Assembly: GCA_002897895.1 (NCBI GenBank)
Contig: BDSY01000027.1
Location: 4,644-68,643, forward strand
Source of the DNA: a bacterium BMS3Abin06
GTDB taxonomy: Bacteria; Nitrospirota; Thermodesulfovibrionia; UBA6902
Direction of reading: 5' to 3'
DNA length: 64,000 nt
The position numbers and the translations under genes were made by a program. Shown here one piece after another: positions 27,336-37,588 of the stretch. Each line of letters begins with the position of its first letter. The stretch's first letter is position 1. The notes beneath the pieces were generated by a model that was given only the letters and a program-made list of their open reading frames with translations, did no database searches and had not been told where the DNA came from.

Positions 27336-28592
27336 ATGCTGCATATTTCAAAAAAAAAGATTTGCATTGTTACCGGAACAAGGGCTGAGTACGGGCTATT
27401 TTATCCGCTGCTAAAAAGACTTGAAAACAATGCAACATTTGATTTGCAAATAGTTGCAACAGGCATGCACCTTTCTCCTGAATTTGGAATGACATATCAA
27501 GAAATTGAAGAAGACGGCTTTGACATAAAGGAGAAGGTTGAAATGCTTCTTTCAAGTGATACCGGGGTTGGTATTTCAAAATCAATCGGTATCGGGATGT
27601 TATCTTTTGCAGATGTCTTTGAAAGATTGAAACCTGACCTGCTAATAGTGCTTGGTGACAGATTTGAAATTTTTGCGGCAGTCCTGTCGGCATTTATAGC
27701 AAAAATCCCAATCGCTCATTTACACGGCGGAGAGTTGACCGAGGGAGTTATTGATGATGCCTTGCGACATTCCATCACAAAGATGTCCTGTTTTCATTTT
27801 ACATCTACAGAAAAATACAGAAAGCGGGTTATCCAGCTTGGAGAATCTCCTGACAGGGTTTTTAATGTCGGGGCAATCGGTCTTGACAATATAAATGAGA
27901 CTGAACTCCTGCAAAAAGAAGAACTGGAAAACCGGATCTATTTTAAATTCAATGGAAAAACAGCTTTGGTTACTTTTCATCCTGTTACTCTGGAAAACAA
28001 TAGTTCGGAGAAACAGTTTAAAGAGTTGCTGTATGCCCTGGAAGAGATAAAGGAATTAAAAATTATCTTCACAAAACCAAATGCCGATACAGACGGCAGG
28101 GTAATTATCGAATTGATTAATGAATACGGGAAGAGTAATCCGGGAAAAGCCATATCCTTTTCATCTATGGGAAGACTGAATTACTTGTCCGCAATGAAAT
28201 ATGTTGAACTGGTTATTGGAAATTCCTCAAGCGGGATTATAGAATTTCCATCGTTTGGAAAACCCACGGTAAATATCGGGGAGAGGCAGAGAGGGAGAAT
28301 AAAGGCTGAGAGCGTAATCGATTGCGGACCTGTCAAAGATGATATTAAAGCCGCAATAAAAAAGGCCTTATCCGATGATTTTCGGGGGTCATGCGAAGAG
28401 ATGAAGAACCCTTATGGAAATGGCGGCGCTTCAGAAAAGATAGTAAATATCCTGAAAGATAAACTGTCCGGACCCATAAACTTAAAAAAAGCTTTCTTTG
28501 ATATTAAGAAATTTTCATTGGATGAGATGAAGGCGGATAAAATTGAGAACAGAGGAGATGTTAATGCTGCAGAAAGATATATTCATTGCTGA
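27336..28592 (+). CDS. neuC: Hydrolysing nucleotide-sugar 2-epimerase (NeuC/LegG family)
   Basis: VTGTRAEYG, TGMHLS, LGDRFE, HLHGGE, LVTFHP, GNSSSG, NIGERQ. Confidence 0.93.
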   Translation: MLHISKKKICIVTGTRAEYGLFYPLLKRLENNATFDLQIVATGMHLSPEFGMTYQEIEEDGFDIKEKVEMLLSSDTGVGISKSIGIGMLSFADVFERLKPDLLIVLGDRFEIFAAVLSAFIAKIPIAHLHGGELTEGVIDDALRHSITKMSCFHFTSTEKYRKRVIQLGESPDRVFNVGAIGLDNINETELLQKEELENRIYFKFNGKTALVTFHPVTLENNSSEKQFKELLYALEEIKELKIIFTKPNADTDGRVIIELINEYGKSNPGKAISFSSMGRLNYLSAMKYVELVIGNSSSGIIEFPSFGKPTVNIGERQRGRIKAESVIDCGPVKDDIKAAIKKALSDDFRGSCEEMKNPYGNGGASEKIVNILKDKLSGPINLKKAFFDIKKFSLDEMKADKIENRGDVNAAERYIHC

Positions 28593-29634
28593 AAATGAAT
28601 CTGTAAAAGATGTATTAAAAAAATTAGACAGGACGGCTGAGAAACTCCTGTTAGTCACTGACCGGAAAAACAGGCTTCTCGGAACAATAAGTGATGGAGA
28701 TATAAGGCGCTATCTGTTGATGGGAAAAAGCCTTGAGGAGAATATTGAGGATGTCTATTATAAAAATCCCACGTTTCTCAGGAAAGGTGAGTTTTCGATG
28801 GAGTCCGCGAAAAAGATTTTTTTAAAGAAAAAAATAGATCTCATTCCTGTCCTGGACGAAGAGGACACGGTGGTGGATTACATAATCTGGAACCAGGCCT
28901 TTTCAGAAGAAGTAAGGCCGCCTAAAAACGGCAAGATAAAAGTTCCCGTGGTTATTATGGCAGGCGGAAAAGGCACAAGACTGGAACCTTTTACGAAGAT
29001 ACTTCCCAAGCCACTGATACCTGTAAATGACAAACCCATTATTGAATTAATAATAGAGGAATTTAAGAGACAGGGAGGTAAAAAGTTTTATCTGATATTG
29101 AATTCCAAGGGAGAAATGATAGAGGCTTATTTTAACGGTATTAAAAAAGATTATGAAGTGAAATATGTCCGGGAAAATAATTTTCTCGGGACAGCCGGCG
29201 GATTAAAATTGCTGAAGAGGATGGGTACGGATCTTTTTATCGTTTCAAACTGTGATGTTATTGTAAAGGCTGATTTTCAGCAGGTCATTACACGTCATAA
29301 AAAACAGAATGCTGTAATGACGGTATTATCTTCCATTCAGCACCACAAGATACCTTACGGTGTCATAAATTTCAGGGAAAAGGGGCTGGTCACTGATATC
29401 CATGAAAAACCTGAATATACAGTGACAATAAATACGGGCGTATATATATTGAGCAGGGAGGCATTAAAGTTTATACCGGAAAATACTTTTTTTGACATGA
29501 CCGACTTAATCAAGAAGTTGATCGAAAACAATAAAAAGGTAGCGACGTATCCGGTGAATGAGAATGATTATATAGATATAGGCCAGTGGGAGGAGTACAA
29601 AAATGCAGTTGAGAAACTACGGGTATTCAGGTAA
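28564..29634 (+). CDS. CBS-domain sugar-phosphate nucleotidyltransferase (PtmE-like); start ATG 28564
   Basis: N-terminal CBS (GTISDGDIRR), MAGGKGTRL..PKPL, DIGQ. Confidence 0.88.
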   Translation: MLQKDIFIAENESVKDVLKKLDRTAEKLLLVTDRKNRLLGTISDGDIRRYLLMGKSLEENIEDVYYKNPTFLRKGEFSMESAKKIFLKKKIDLIPVLDEEDTVVDYIIWNQAFSEEVRPPKNGKIKVPVVIMAGGKGTRLEPFTKILPKPLIPVNDKPIIELIIEEFKRQGGKKFYLILNSKGEMIEAYFNGIKKDYEVKYVRENNFLGTAGGLKLLKRMGTDLFIVSNCDVIVKADFQQVITRHKKQNAVMTVLSSIQHHKIPYGVINFREKGLVTDIHEKPEYTVTINTGVYILSREALKFIPENTFFDMTDLIKKLIENNKKVATYPVNENDYIDIGQWEEYKNAVEKLRVFR

Positions 29635-29670
29635 TCCCGATGCTTTTAAAAAGGTGTATCGGATTTCGTA

Positions 29671-30393
29671 ATGTATAAGGAGAGGACCATAATTGGAATT
29701 ATTCCCGCGCGCGGAGGCTCCAAAGGGTTGCCGCGAAAAAATGTTCGGGAGATATCCGGTAAGCCTTTGATCGCATGGTCAATAGAACGCGCCCTTTCTT
29801 CCAGGCATCTTGACAGGGTCATTGTGAGTACGGACGATCAGGAAATTGCGGAGACCTCAAAAAAATTCGGCGCTGAAGTTCCGTTTTTAAGACCGCCGGA
29901 AATTGCCGGAGACAAGACCCCGATGATAGATGTAATTATTCATGCTATAGAATTTTATAAAAATATAAACAGGGTTTTTGACTATATCGCGCTATTGGAG
30001 CCCACTTCACCTTTAAGGAAAATCAATGATATTGATTCTGCCATAGAAAAGTTAATCGACCATGAGGCAGAAGCGGACAGCCTTGTGAGCGTTGGAGAAG
30101 TCCAGCTTGAACATCCATCGATTATGAAGGGGATAGACGGAGATTACGTGAAACCATATGAAACGAATGCGCGAATAATAACGAGGAGACAGGAGCTGGA
30201 TAAAGTCTTTTTTCCCTATGGAGTCATCTATCTTTCAAAAACAGAGAAGCTGATTAAACACGGGACATTTTACCATGAGCGGACAATTCCGTATTTCATA
30301 GAGAGATGGCAGAATTATGAAGTAGACGATATATATGACTTTATATGTATAGATGCCGTGATGAAACAGAAGCTAAAGGAGGCCGGTAAATGA
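29671..30393 (+). CDS. neuA: CMP-nonulosonic acid synthetase (NeuA/LegF family)
   Basis: IPARGGSKGLPRKN, VSTDD, EVPFLRP, LEPTSPLR. Confidence 0.92.
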   Translation: MYKERTIIGIIPARGGSKGLPRKNVREISGKPLIAWSIERALSSRHLDRVIVSTDDQEIAETSKKFGAEVPFLRPPEIAGDKTPMIDVIIHAIEFYKNINRVFDYIALLEPTSPLRKINDIDSAIEKLIDHEAEADSLVSVGEVQLEHPSIMKGIDGDYVKPYETNARIITRRQELDKVFFPYGVIYLSKTEKLIKHGTFYHERTIPYFIERWQNYEVDDIYDFICIDAVMKQKLKEAGK

Positions 30394-31418
30394 AAGCAGT
30401 GCAGATAGGTCTGGGTTCCATGGGTAAAAGGAGGATAAGAAACCTTTTATCCGTTGGTATAAATGATATAACGGGTTTTGATAAGAGGGAAGACAGACGC
30501 AGGGAGGCGGAAGACAAATATCAGATAAAGACATCTGCTGAGCTTACCGCTGATCTGTTGTCGGAAAGCGATATCCTTATTGTTTCAACTCCGCCTGACA
30601 GGCACCTTGAGTATCTGAGGCTCGCTGTAGAGCATGGCAAGCCGGCCTTTGTCGAGGCCAGTGTTATCAGGGACGGTCTTGAGGAGGTTTCAGAGCGTGC
30701 AAAGGAAGCAAATGTACTGATCGCACCTTCCTGTACTTTCAGGTTTCACCCCGGTGTAAAGACAATCAAGGATATTGTCCTGAGCGGGAAATACGGCAAG
30801 CTCTGCAATTTTATCTATATCATGGGACAGTATCTTCCTGACTGGCATCCATGGGAGAACATAAAGGATTTTTATGTGAGTAAAAGGGAGACAAGCGCAA
30901 GCAGGGAAATGGTGCCTTTTGAGTTGACATGGCTTCTGGATATAACCGGCCGGCCGGAAGAGGTCTTTGCCTTCTACGGCAGCACCCATAATATGGGCGT
31001 TGATATTGACGATACATATAACGTGAATTTTAAATTTAAAGATTTCCTGGGAACCCTCATTGTTGATGTTGTTTCCCGTTTTGCCACAAGAAGCCTGGTA
31101 ATGAATCTTGAAAAGGCGCAGATAAGATGGAACTGGGAAGAGAGGAGAATCAGACTCTATGAAGCTGAAAATAAAAGCTGGAAACATTTTGATGAACCCG
31201 CGGGCAAGGCAGAGTCAGAGTACAATAAAAATATTATTGAGGAAATGTATGTTGATGAGATGAGCGCCTTTGTTGATTCGGCAAAGGGGATCAAACCATT
31301 TCCAAATACACTTGATGAGGACATCGGAATCCTTACAATCCTTGAAAAGGCAGAACAGACCAATAAGGGCGTGAGCCTGAACGGGGAACTGGGGAACAGA
31401 GAAACGGAGAAGGGGTGA
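30390..31418 (+). CDS. Gfo/Idh/MocA-family oxidoreductase
   Basis: IGLGSMG Rossmann, STPPDRH, YLPDWHPWE. Confidence 0.88.
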   Translation: MKAVQIGLGSMGKRRIRNLLSVGINDITGFDKREDRRREAEDKYQIKTSAELTADLLSESDILIVSTPPDRHLEYLRLAVEHGKPAFVEASVIRDGLEEVSERAKEANVLIAPSCTFRFHPGVKTIKDIVLSGKYGKLCNFIYIMGQYLPDWHPWENIKDFYVSKRETSASREMVPFELTWLLDITGRPEEVFAFYGSTHNMGVDIDDTYNVNFKFKDFLGTLIVDVVSRFATRSLVMNLEKAQIRWNWEERRIRLYEAENKSWKHFDEPAGKAESEYNKNIIEEMYVDEMSAFVDSAKGIKPFPNTLDEDIGILTILEKAEQTNKGVSLNGELGNRETEKG

Positions 31419-31480
31419 AACGGGGACGATCCGGGAGACGGAGACGCGGAGAGACGGGGAGACGGAGAGGCATGGAGAAA
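31380..31480. repeat. GGAGACGG/GGAGAAAC-type degenerate 8-mer array spanning a gene end and spacer
   Basis: gggagacggagacgcggagagacggggagacggagagg. Confidence 0.65.
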
Positions 31481-31485
31481 ATTTA

Positions 31486-32805
31486 ATGAATTGTCATACG
31501 GGCATTGATTTATATAAGCGGGCCAAAAAAATTATTCCGGGCGGGACCCAGCTTCTCTCAAAGAGGCCGGAACTGTTTTTGCCCGGGCAGTGGCCAGCAT
31601 ACTACAGCAAGTGTAATGGGGTTGAAGTCAGTGACCTTGACGGCAATGAATTTATTGACATGAGTATATGCGGTGTAGGCGCGTGTATTCTTGGTTATGC
31701 GGATCCGGACGTGGACAGAGCTGTTAAGAACGCCATAGACAGCGGTACGATGTGTACACTCAATTGTCCGGAGGAAGTTGAACTTGCGGAATTGCTGTGT
31801 GAACTTCATCCATGGGCGGATATGGTGCGATTCGCAAGGGGTGGTGGTGAAGCCATGTCTGTTGCAGTCAGAATTGCACGGGCAGCAACGGGCAGGGACA
31901 GGGTTGCCTTCTGCGGATATCACGGCTGGCACGACTGGTATCTGGCTGCTAATCTCGCTGATGACAGCAACCTGGACGGGCAATTACTTCCGGGACTTGC
32001 ACCTGCGGGTATCCCACGCTCCCTGCAGGCCACTGCGATACCTTTTAACTATAATCAGCCTGAATCACTTGATGCAATCGTTGACGAAGATGAGCAGAAA
32101 CCGGCGGCAATTGTAATGGAACCTGTAAGGCATTCAGAGCCGGAAGCCGGATTTTTAGAGTATGTCAGAGAAACTGCTGACCGGACAGGGGCAGTACTGA
32201 TTTTTGATGAAGTTACATCCGGCTGGAGAATGAACAACGGGGGCATACATCTTCTTTATGGTGTTAATCCGGACATTGCTGTTTTTGCAAAGGGCATAAG
32301 TAACGGATATCCAATGGCAGCTTTAATCGGATGCAGCCCTGTGATGGAGGCGGCTCAGAGATCGTTCATAAGCAGTACATACTGGACAGAAAAGATCGGA
32401 CCGGCGGCAGCGCTGGCGACAATAAGAAAAATGATGTCCTGCAATGTCCCCGAATACCTGAACCGGACGGGGATATCTATAAGAAAAATATGGAGAGACA
32501 ATGCGCGCAAGTATGGTATTAAGGCAATGATCCACGGTATTCCCCCGCTCAGCGTATTGTCTTTTAAATATGAAGATATGTCACAGGCGCTCCATACTCT
32601 TTTTACACAGGAGATGCTGAACAGGGGTTTTCTGGCATCAAAGGCTTTTTATGCAACTTATGTACATAACGAAGAGCATATTAATGCTTATGAGAAGGCT
32701 GTTGAAGAGGTCTTTAAGATAATTGCGGATACGATAAATGAAAACAGTCCGGATGTTTACCTGAAAGGGCCGGTAGCGCATAACGGGTTTAAGAGACTGG
32801 CATAA
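31486..32805 (+). CDS. Class III PLP aminotransferase (GSA-aminomutase-like)
   Basis: DLDGNEFID, GGEAM, GYHGWHD, LIFDEVTSG, FAKGISNG. Confidence 0.88.
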   Translation: MNCHTGIDLYKRAKKIIPGGTQLLSKRPELFLPGQWPAYYSKCNGVEVSDLDGNEFIDMSICGVGACILGYADPDVDRAVKNAIDSGTMCTLNCPEEVELAELLCELHPWADMVRFARGGGEAMSVAVRIARAATGRDRVAFCGYHGWHDWYLAANLADDSNLDGQLLPGLAPAGIPRSLQATAIPFNYNQPESLDAIVDEDEQKPAAIVMEPVRHSEPEAGFLEYVRETADRTGAVLIFDEVTSGWRMNNGGIHLLYGVNPDIAVFAKGISNGYPMAALIGCSPVMEAAQRSFISSTYWTEKIGPAAALATIRKMMSCNVPEYLNRTGISIRKIWRDNARKYGIKAMIHGIPPLSVLSFKYEDMSQALHTLFTQEMLNRGFLASKAFYATYVHNEEHINAYEKAVEEVFKIIADTINENSPDVYLKGPVAHNGFKRLA

Positions 32806-32852
32806 TTTTCGGGAATTACAAATTATTGGTTTGTTAATATCGGTGGTAAAAT

Positions 32853-34775
32853 ATGGTTGTAAAGGCAGGTAAAAAGAAGATGAACCGTCATGGCAGGACG
32901 GTTGATTCACCACAAAGTCTTACTGATATACTCGCAGAGGCGATCAGGCTTCACCAGTCCGGGAATCTTGCAGAAGCCGAATCATTGTACCGTCAAATCC
33001 TGCTGAATGACCCTGACCATGCCGATGCATTGCATTTGCTTGGAGTAACAGCTTACCAGAGAGGCAACAACAAACAGGCTGTTGAAAATATAGAAAGGGC
33101 CATAACAATAAATCCTTCTGTATCTTTTTACCACAATAACCTGGGTAATGCATTCATGAGTTTAAATGAAAATGATAAGGCCCTCCAGTGTTTCAAAGAA
33201 GCGCTTCGCTTAAAGCCTGATAATGTTGAAGCATGCAATAACCTGGGGAATACCCTGAGAAAGCAGGGTAAAAATAAAGAAGCCCTCGTTCAATATATAA
33301 AGGCCGTAGAGATGGACCCTGATTATGTTGCTGCCATCAATAATCTTGCCAATCTGTTAAAAGGGGATGAAGCAATTATGCATTACCGCAGGGCCATAAG
33401 ATTGCAGCCTGACCTTGCGGAGGCATACTACAATCTCGGAAATGCATTGAAGGAATCAGATGAAACCGAAGAAGCCGTTGAACAATACCGCAAGGCAATA
33501 TCTATTAATCCCGGTTTTGCGGATGCGTATAATAATCTCGCCAATGTCCTTAAAAGGCAGAAAGAGTATGTTGAAGCTGCAGAGCATTACCATAAGGCGA
33601 TATCGATTAATCCGGATTTTACAGAAGCATACACTAACCTGGGAGATACTTACAGGGAAGAGGGCAGGTTTGATGAAGCCCTCAAAGAGTGCCGGAAAGC
33701 CATAAGCCTGAACCCTGCTTTTGAAGAGGCATATGTTAACCTCGGCAATATATTTCTTGATCGGGGAAATTTCCGGCAAGCTGTAGAGCAATATAACAGA
33801 GCAATTGATCTGAATCCGGATTTAGCTGATGCCCATTACAATAAGGGGCTTGTGCTGCTTTTGAAGGGTGAATTTGAAGAAGGCTGGAAGGAATATGAAT
33901 GGCGTTTTCAGAGCAGGGAGATTTCAAGAGATATTGGTTATACAAATAATGAAATAACTGTCTGGGACGGCTCACCGCTTAACGGTAAAACGATTTTAAT
34001 AATCTCGGAGCAGGGTATGGGCGACCATATTCAGTTTGTCCGTTATATCCCCCTCGTAAAAAAGCTGGGTGGCAGGGTTGTGTTTGAAAGCCGCCGGGAA
34101 CTGATGCGCCTGTTTGAAGGTTATGAGGGCATTGATCTGCTTTTGGAGGAATCTAAGAGCAGTGAATCTGATATTAATCCGGATACCTGTGTTCAGTTAC
34201 TAAGCCTGCCGCGTATATTCGGTGCAACCCTTGATACCATATTTGCCGATGTACCGTACCTGAAGGCCGATCCTGAAACAACAGATAAATGGAAATCACG
34301 TTTTAATCATGAGTTATTCAATGTAGGACTGGTATGGTCAGGCAGTACGGCACACAGGAATGACTGTAACAGGTCGTGTAGTCTTGCGGATTTTGTTCCA
34401 TTGGCGGATATTCCGGGCGTAGCCCTGTTCAGCCTGCAAAAGGGTGGTATAAGTGAAAATGGAGCGGGTATGCGGATTAAAGATATTGGAAAGGACCTTG
34501 ATGATTTTTATGATACGGCAGCGGCAATAGAAAATATGGACCTTGTGATATCAGTAGATACATCCGTTGCCCATCTGGCCGGAGCATTAGGCAGACCGGT
34601 CTGGACTCTGCTCCCTTTTGTTCCGGACTGGCGCTGGATGCTGAAACGTGAAGATACCCCATGGTATCCGACAATGCGTCTCCTGCGTCAAACAGTACCC
34701 GGAGACTGGGCAAGTGTAATGAAACGTGTTGCTGCCGAATTAAAAAACCTGACATTTGAAAGGAGCGCCAAATGA
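32853..34775 (+). CDS. TPR-repeat protein with C-terminal GT-B glycosyltransferase domain
   Basis: Multiple TPRs (AY.NLG..L); EQGMGDHIQFVRY, VDTSVAHLAGALG, DWRW. Confidence 0.85.
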   Translation: MVVKAGKKKMNRHGRTVDSPQSLTDILAEAIRLHQSGNLAEAESLYRQILLNDPDHADALHLLGVTAYQRGNNKQAVENIERAITINPSVSFYHNNLGNAFMSLNENDKALQCFKEALRLKPDNVEACNNLGNTLRKQGKNKEALVQYIKAVEMDPDYVAAINNLANLLKGDEAIMHYRRAIRLQPDLAEAYYNLGNALKESDETEEAVEQYRKAISINPGFADAYNNLANVLKRQKEYVEAAEHYHKAISINPDFTEAYTNLGDTYREEGRFDEALKECRKAISLNPAFEEAYVNLGNIFLDRGNFRQAVEQYNRAIDLNPDLADAHYNKGLVLLLKGEFEEGWKEYEWRFQSREISRDIGYTNNEITVWDGSPLNGKTILIISEQGMGDHIQFVRYIPLVKKLGGRVVFESRRELMRLFEGYEGIDLLLEESKSSESDINPDTCVQLLSLPRIFGATLDTIFADVPYLKADPETTDKWKSRFNHELFNVGLVWSGSTAHRNDCNRSCSLADFVPLADIPGVALFSLQKGGISENGAGMRIKDIGKDLDDFYDTAAAIENMDLVISVDTSVAHLAGALGRPVWTLLPFVPDWRWMLKREDTPWYPTMRLLRQTVPGDWASVMKRVAAELKNLTFERSAK

Positions 34776-37588
34776 GCATTGATAATAAGCATACATTTGA
34801 CTTTGCAGATCTGGATGAATTCATCCGGTTACCCGAGAAGAAAAGGTTTGACAGACAGGATTTTTCCACAAATAATACCTATCAAAAAAATCTTGAGGCC
34901 CTTGGCAAGCATCATCCTGAGTTGGTAGATACTATTGAATCCATATCTGTTGATGAAAGCAGAATTAAGATACTTGATTCTGAAAGCGGCAACCCAAGGA
35001 TTGTTTATGAGAGAGAGGACGGGGAAAAGATTAATATTCATAGCACGGATGATCCGGTTGCATGCGCAAACAGGGCTATTGAGCTGCTTGGTAAAATTGA
35101 AAAAGAGGGGATTGTAGTACTGTTCGGGTTTGGTCTCGGCTATTTCGTTGAGGAACTGTTTAACAGATTTGAAAAGGGACATATCGTTCTTGTATACGAA
35201 GCAACACCTGAAGTCTTTAAGTTCGCTATGCAAGTAAAGGATTTTTCAGTCCTCTTCAGTTCGGAAAAAGTCAAAATAATTCTTGGAGAGAATGCGGACA
35301 ATTTTTCAGTTATTCACAGTCACCATCATCTTATCGTTAACGGAAAGTTCTGGGTTGTAGAGCACAAGCCTTCCGTCAAATTAAATGCGGATGCATATGG
35401 TAATTTCTTCAAAAGATTAAATGAAGAGAAACGTGTCAGTGATACAGGAGTTGCCACTAATATTCAGAGGGGAAAAGAGTTTATTAATGCCTTCTTTTCA
35501 AATCTACATTCAATAGTCAGGAAGCCGGGTGTTAATGGTTTGAAAGATGTTTTTAAGGGTTGTACGGCAATAGTTGTATCAGCAGGGCCGTCCCTGGATA
35601 AAAACGTGCATTTATTGAGAAAAGCAAAAGGGAAGGCCGTTATAATTGCCACCGGAGGCGCGCTTCCGACACTCCTTTCTTCTGATATTGTTCCTGATTT
35701 GCTGGTGGAAATAGATCCTGTAAGTGACAATATAGAAGATAAATTTCAGGGGATTCCTGCACTGATGAATGTTCCGTTCATCTGTCTTGCTCAGTATACA
35801 CCTGAACTCGTCAATATATATCCCGGGCCAATGTTTATAAACAGTGTAAGCGGGAATATCGCATTTGAATGGCTAAAAGGTTTTTGGGATGAAAAGGGCT
35901 TGATTGAGTGCTTCGGCGGCTCTGTTGCCCACCTTGCATTTGCAGCCGCTGAATTTATAGGTGCAGATGTTATCGGCTTTGTCGGCCAGGACCTTTCATA
36001 TAAAGACGATAGACTGCATACCATAGGCTATTCGGATAATATGGACAGACTGTTGGAAGAAGGAGTAAAAAAGAAACAGGATAATATAATTGGAGGAGTG
36101 CATGTACGTGATATCTTCGATGAAGAAGTCCTTGCGATTAGGCAGTTCCTGGTTTTCAAAAGTTCATTTGAGAACAGGATCAAGGGAACAAATAGAGTTG
36201 TTATAAACGCGACTGAATTCGGACTCCCGATAGATGGTGCAACAAATTTGAGGCTGGTGGACTTTATGGATGAATACTGCGATGGTCAAAAAGAAATAGA
36301 TACATTTTCAGTCTTGTCAGGTTTGTTAAACAGCAACACAGACTGCAGACTTGATGATCTTATAGAAGAAGTATCAGCGGCAAGGAAGAAATTTGCAAGT
36401 ATTAAGAAGACCTCCAGCCAGATATTGAAATATACAAAAAGAGTAAAGAAACTTAAAGGAAGTGAAAATAAAGACTCTCAAGAACTTCATAATATACTTA
36501 AAAAAGTCGGACTACTTATAGAAAAAGTCAAACATCCCTTGCTTAATCTATTAATGGGATATAACTACGGACTGGAACTTTATCTGAAAAAGCAGGAAAT
36601 TCAGGACATAGATGAGATAGAAGATAAATGGGAAATGCTTGATAAACAGCTTGAAAGAGGACAGATATATTACGATGAAATTGTAGGGGCAATACGTTTA
36701 TTTAATAAGCAACTGGATAAAGCAATTACTGCACTTCAGAGGGAAAAGAGGGTGGATTCAATCCTTAATGATGGAAGTATTGAAGAAACGGAGAAATTCT
36801 ACAGGGCAGCTATAATTTATAAAAGGGCAGGTATGGCAACACAGGCAGTAAGGTATTTGGAGAAAGTAGTCAGTAGTCAGGAGTCAGAAGTCAGAAGTCA
36901 GAAAGCCTTGATCCCGCTTGCTGAGATGTATATAAAGCAATTCAGGTTCTATGAAGCAAAAGAAATATTAACAGAAGTCAGAAGTCAGAAGTCACGCATT
37001 ACGGAATTACGTGAGGTTTGCAATAAAAAAATAAGGGAATGGGAAGAAAGAAAGCTAAAGATGAATAAAATGCTTAAAGAGGCTGAAGCAAACTATGGCT
37101 CCCATCTTGAGTCGGGATATTTTTACTTCAGGATAAAGAATTTTGAAATGGCGGAAAAGGCATATTTAAAGGCAGTAAGTAATGAAGAGGCAGGAGGCAG
37201 GGAGCAGGGGGCAGGGGTAGCTGCTTGCTATGGCCTTGCACATACATACCTTGCCATGGACGATCCTGAGAAGGCTGTCGATGCCTTTGAGAAAGCGATA
37301 GAAAGGGAACCGGATAATCCAGTATTATATCGCGATCTGGGTTTTTTGGCCTTCCAGAACAATAATGTTTCATCTGCCGAGATTTTTTTTGCCAGGGCAA
37401 TAGAACTGGCGCCTGACGCAGCCGAGCTGTATAAACCTTTAGCTGATCTTTATATGGGCATCGGAGAGAGAGAAAAGGCGGTTGCCCTTTATGAGAATGC
37501 ACTGCAGGCCAACCCGGCTAATCCGGTTATTCAGCAAGACCTCGCAGTGCTTTTTAAAGAGACTATTGCAGAAACAGAGGGATGCTAA
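34772..37588 (+). CDS. Motility-associated factor (Maf/DUF115) flagellin glycosyltransferase with C-terminal TPRs
   Basis: LFGFGLGY, VVSAGPSLDKN, GGSVAH, FVGQDLSY; directly upstream of flagellin. Confidence 0.85.
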   Translation: MSIDNKHTFDFADLDEFIRLPEKKRFDRQDFSTNNTYQKNLEALGKHHPELVDTIESISVDESRIKILDSESGNPRIVYEREDGEKINIHSTDDPVACANRAIELLGKIEKEGIVVLFGFGLGYFVEELFNRFEKGHIVLVYEATPEVFKFAMQVKDFSVLFSSEKVKIILGENADNFSVIHSHHHLIVNGKFWVVEHKPSVKLNADAYGNFFKRLNEEKRVSDTGVATNIQRGKEFINAFFSNLHSIVRKPGVNGLKDVFKGCTAIVVSAGPSLDKNVHLLRKAKGKAVIIATGGALPTLLSSDIVPDLLVEIDPVSDNIEDKFQGIPALMNVPFICLAQYTPELVNIYPGPMFINSVSGNIAFEWLKGFWDEKGLIECFGGSVAHLAFAAAEFIGADVIGFVGQDLSYKDDRLHTIGYSDNMDRLLEEGVKKKQDNIIGGVHVRDIFDEEVLAIRQFLVFKSSFENRIKGTNRVVINATEFGLPIDGATNLRLVDFMDEYCDGQKEIDTFSVLSGLLNSNTDCRLDDLIEEVSAARKKFASIKKTSSQILKYTKRVKKLKGSENKDSQELHNILKKVGLLIEKVKHPLLNLLMGYNYGLELYLKKQEIQDIDEIEDKWEMLDKQLERGQIYYDEIVGAIRLFNKQLDKAITALQREKRVDSILNDGSIEETEKFYRAAIIYKRAGMATQAVRYLEKVVSSQESEVRSQKALIPLAEMYIKQFRFYEAKEILTEVRSQKSRITELREVCNKKIREWEERKLKMNKMLKEAEANYGSHLESGYFYFRIKNFEMAEKAYLKAVSNEEAGGREQGAGVAACYGLAHTYLAMDDPEKAVDAFEKAIEREPDNPVLYRDLGFLAFQNNNVSSAEIFFARAIELAPDAAELYKPLADLYMGIGEREKAVALYENALQANPANPVIQQDLAVLFKETIAETEGC
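36868..37220. repeat. Three in-frame heptamer arrays inside the maf TPR region
   Basis: AGTCAG(T/G/A) x5 at 36868-36902; CAGAAGT x3 plus TTACG-type units at 36972-37011; GG(A/G)G(G)CA-type units at about 37172-37220. Confidence 0.75.

Noticed and set aside
27350-27358. A9 tract at the neuC 5' end (also T8 at 22553-22560) as a phase-variation switch
   Set aside because: A/T runs are frequent in this sequence, both ORFs are intact, and there are no long G/C tracts
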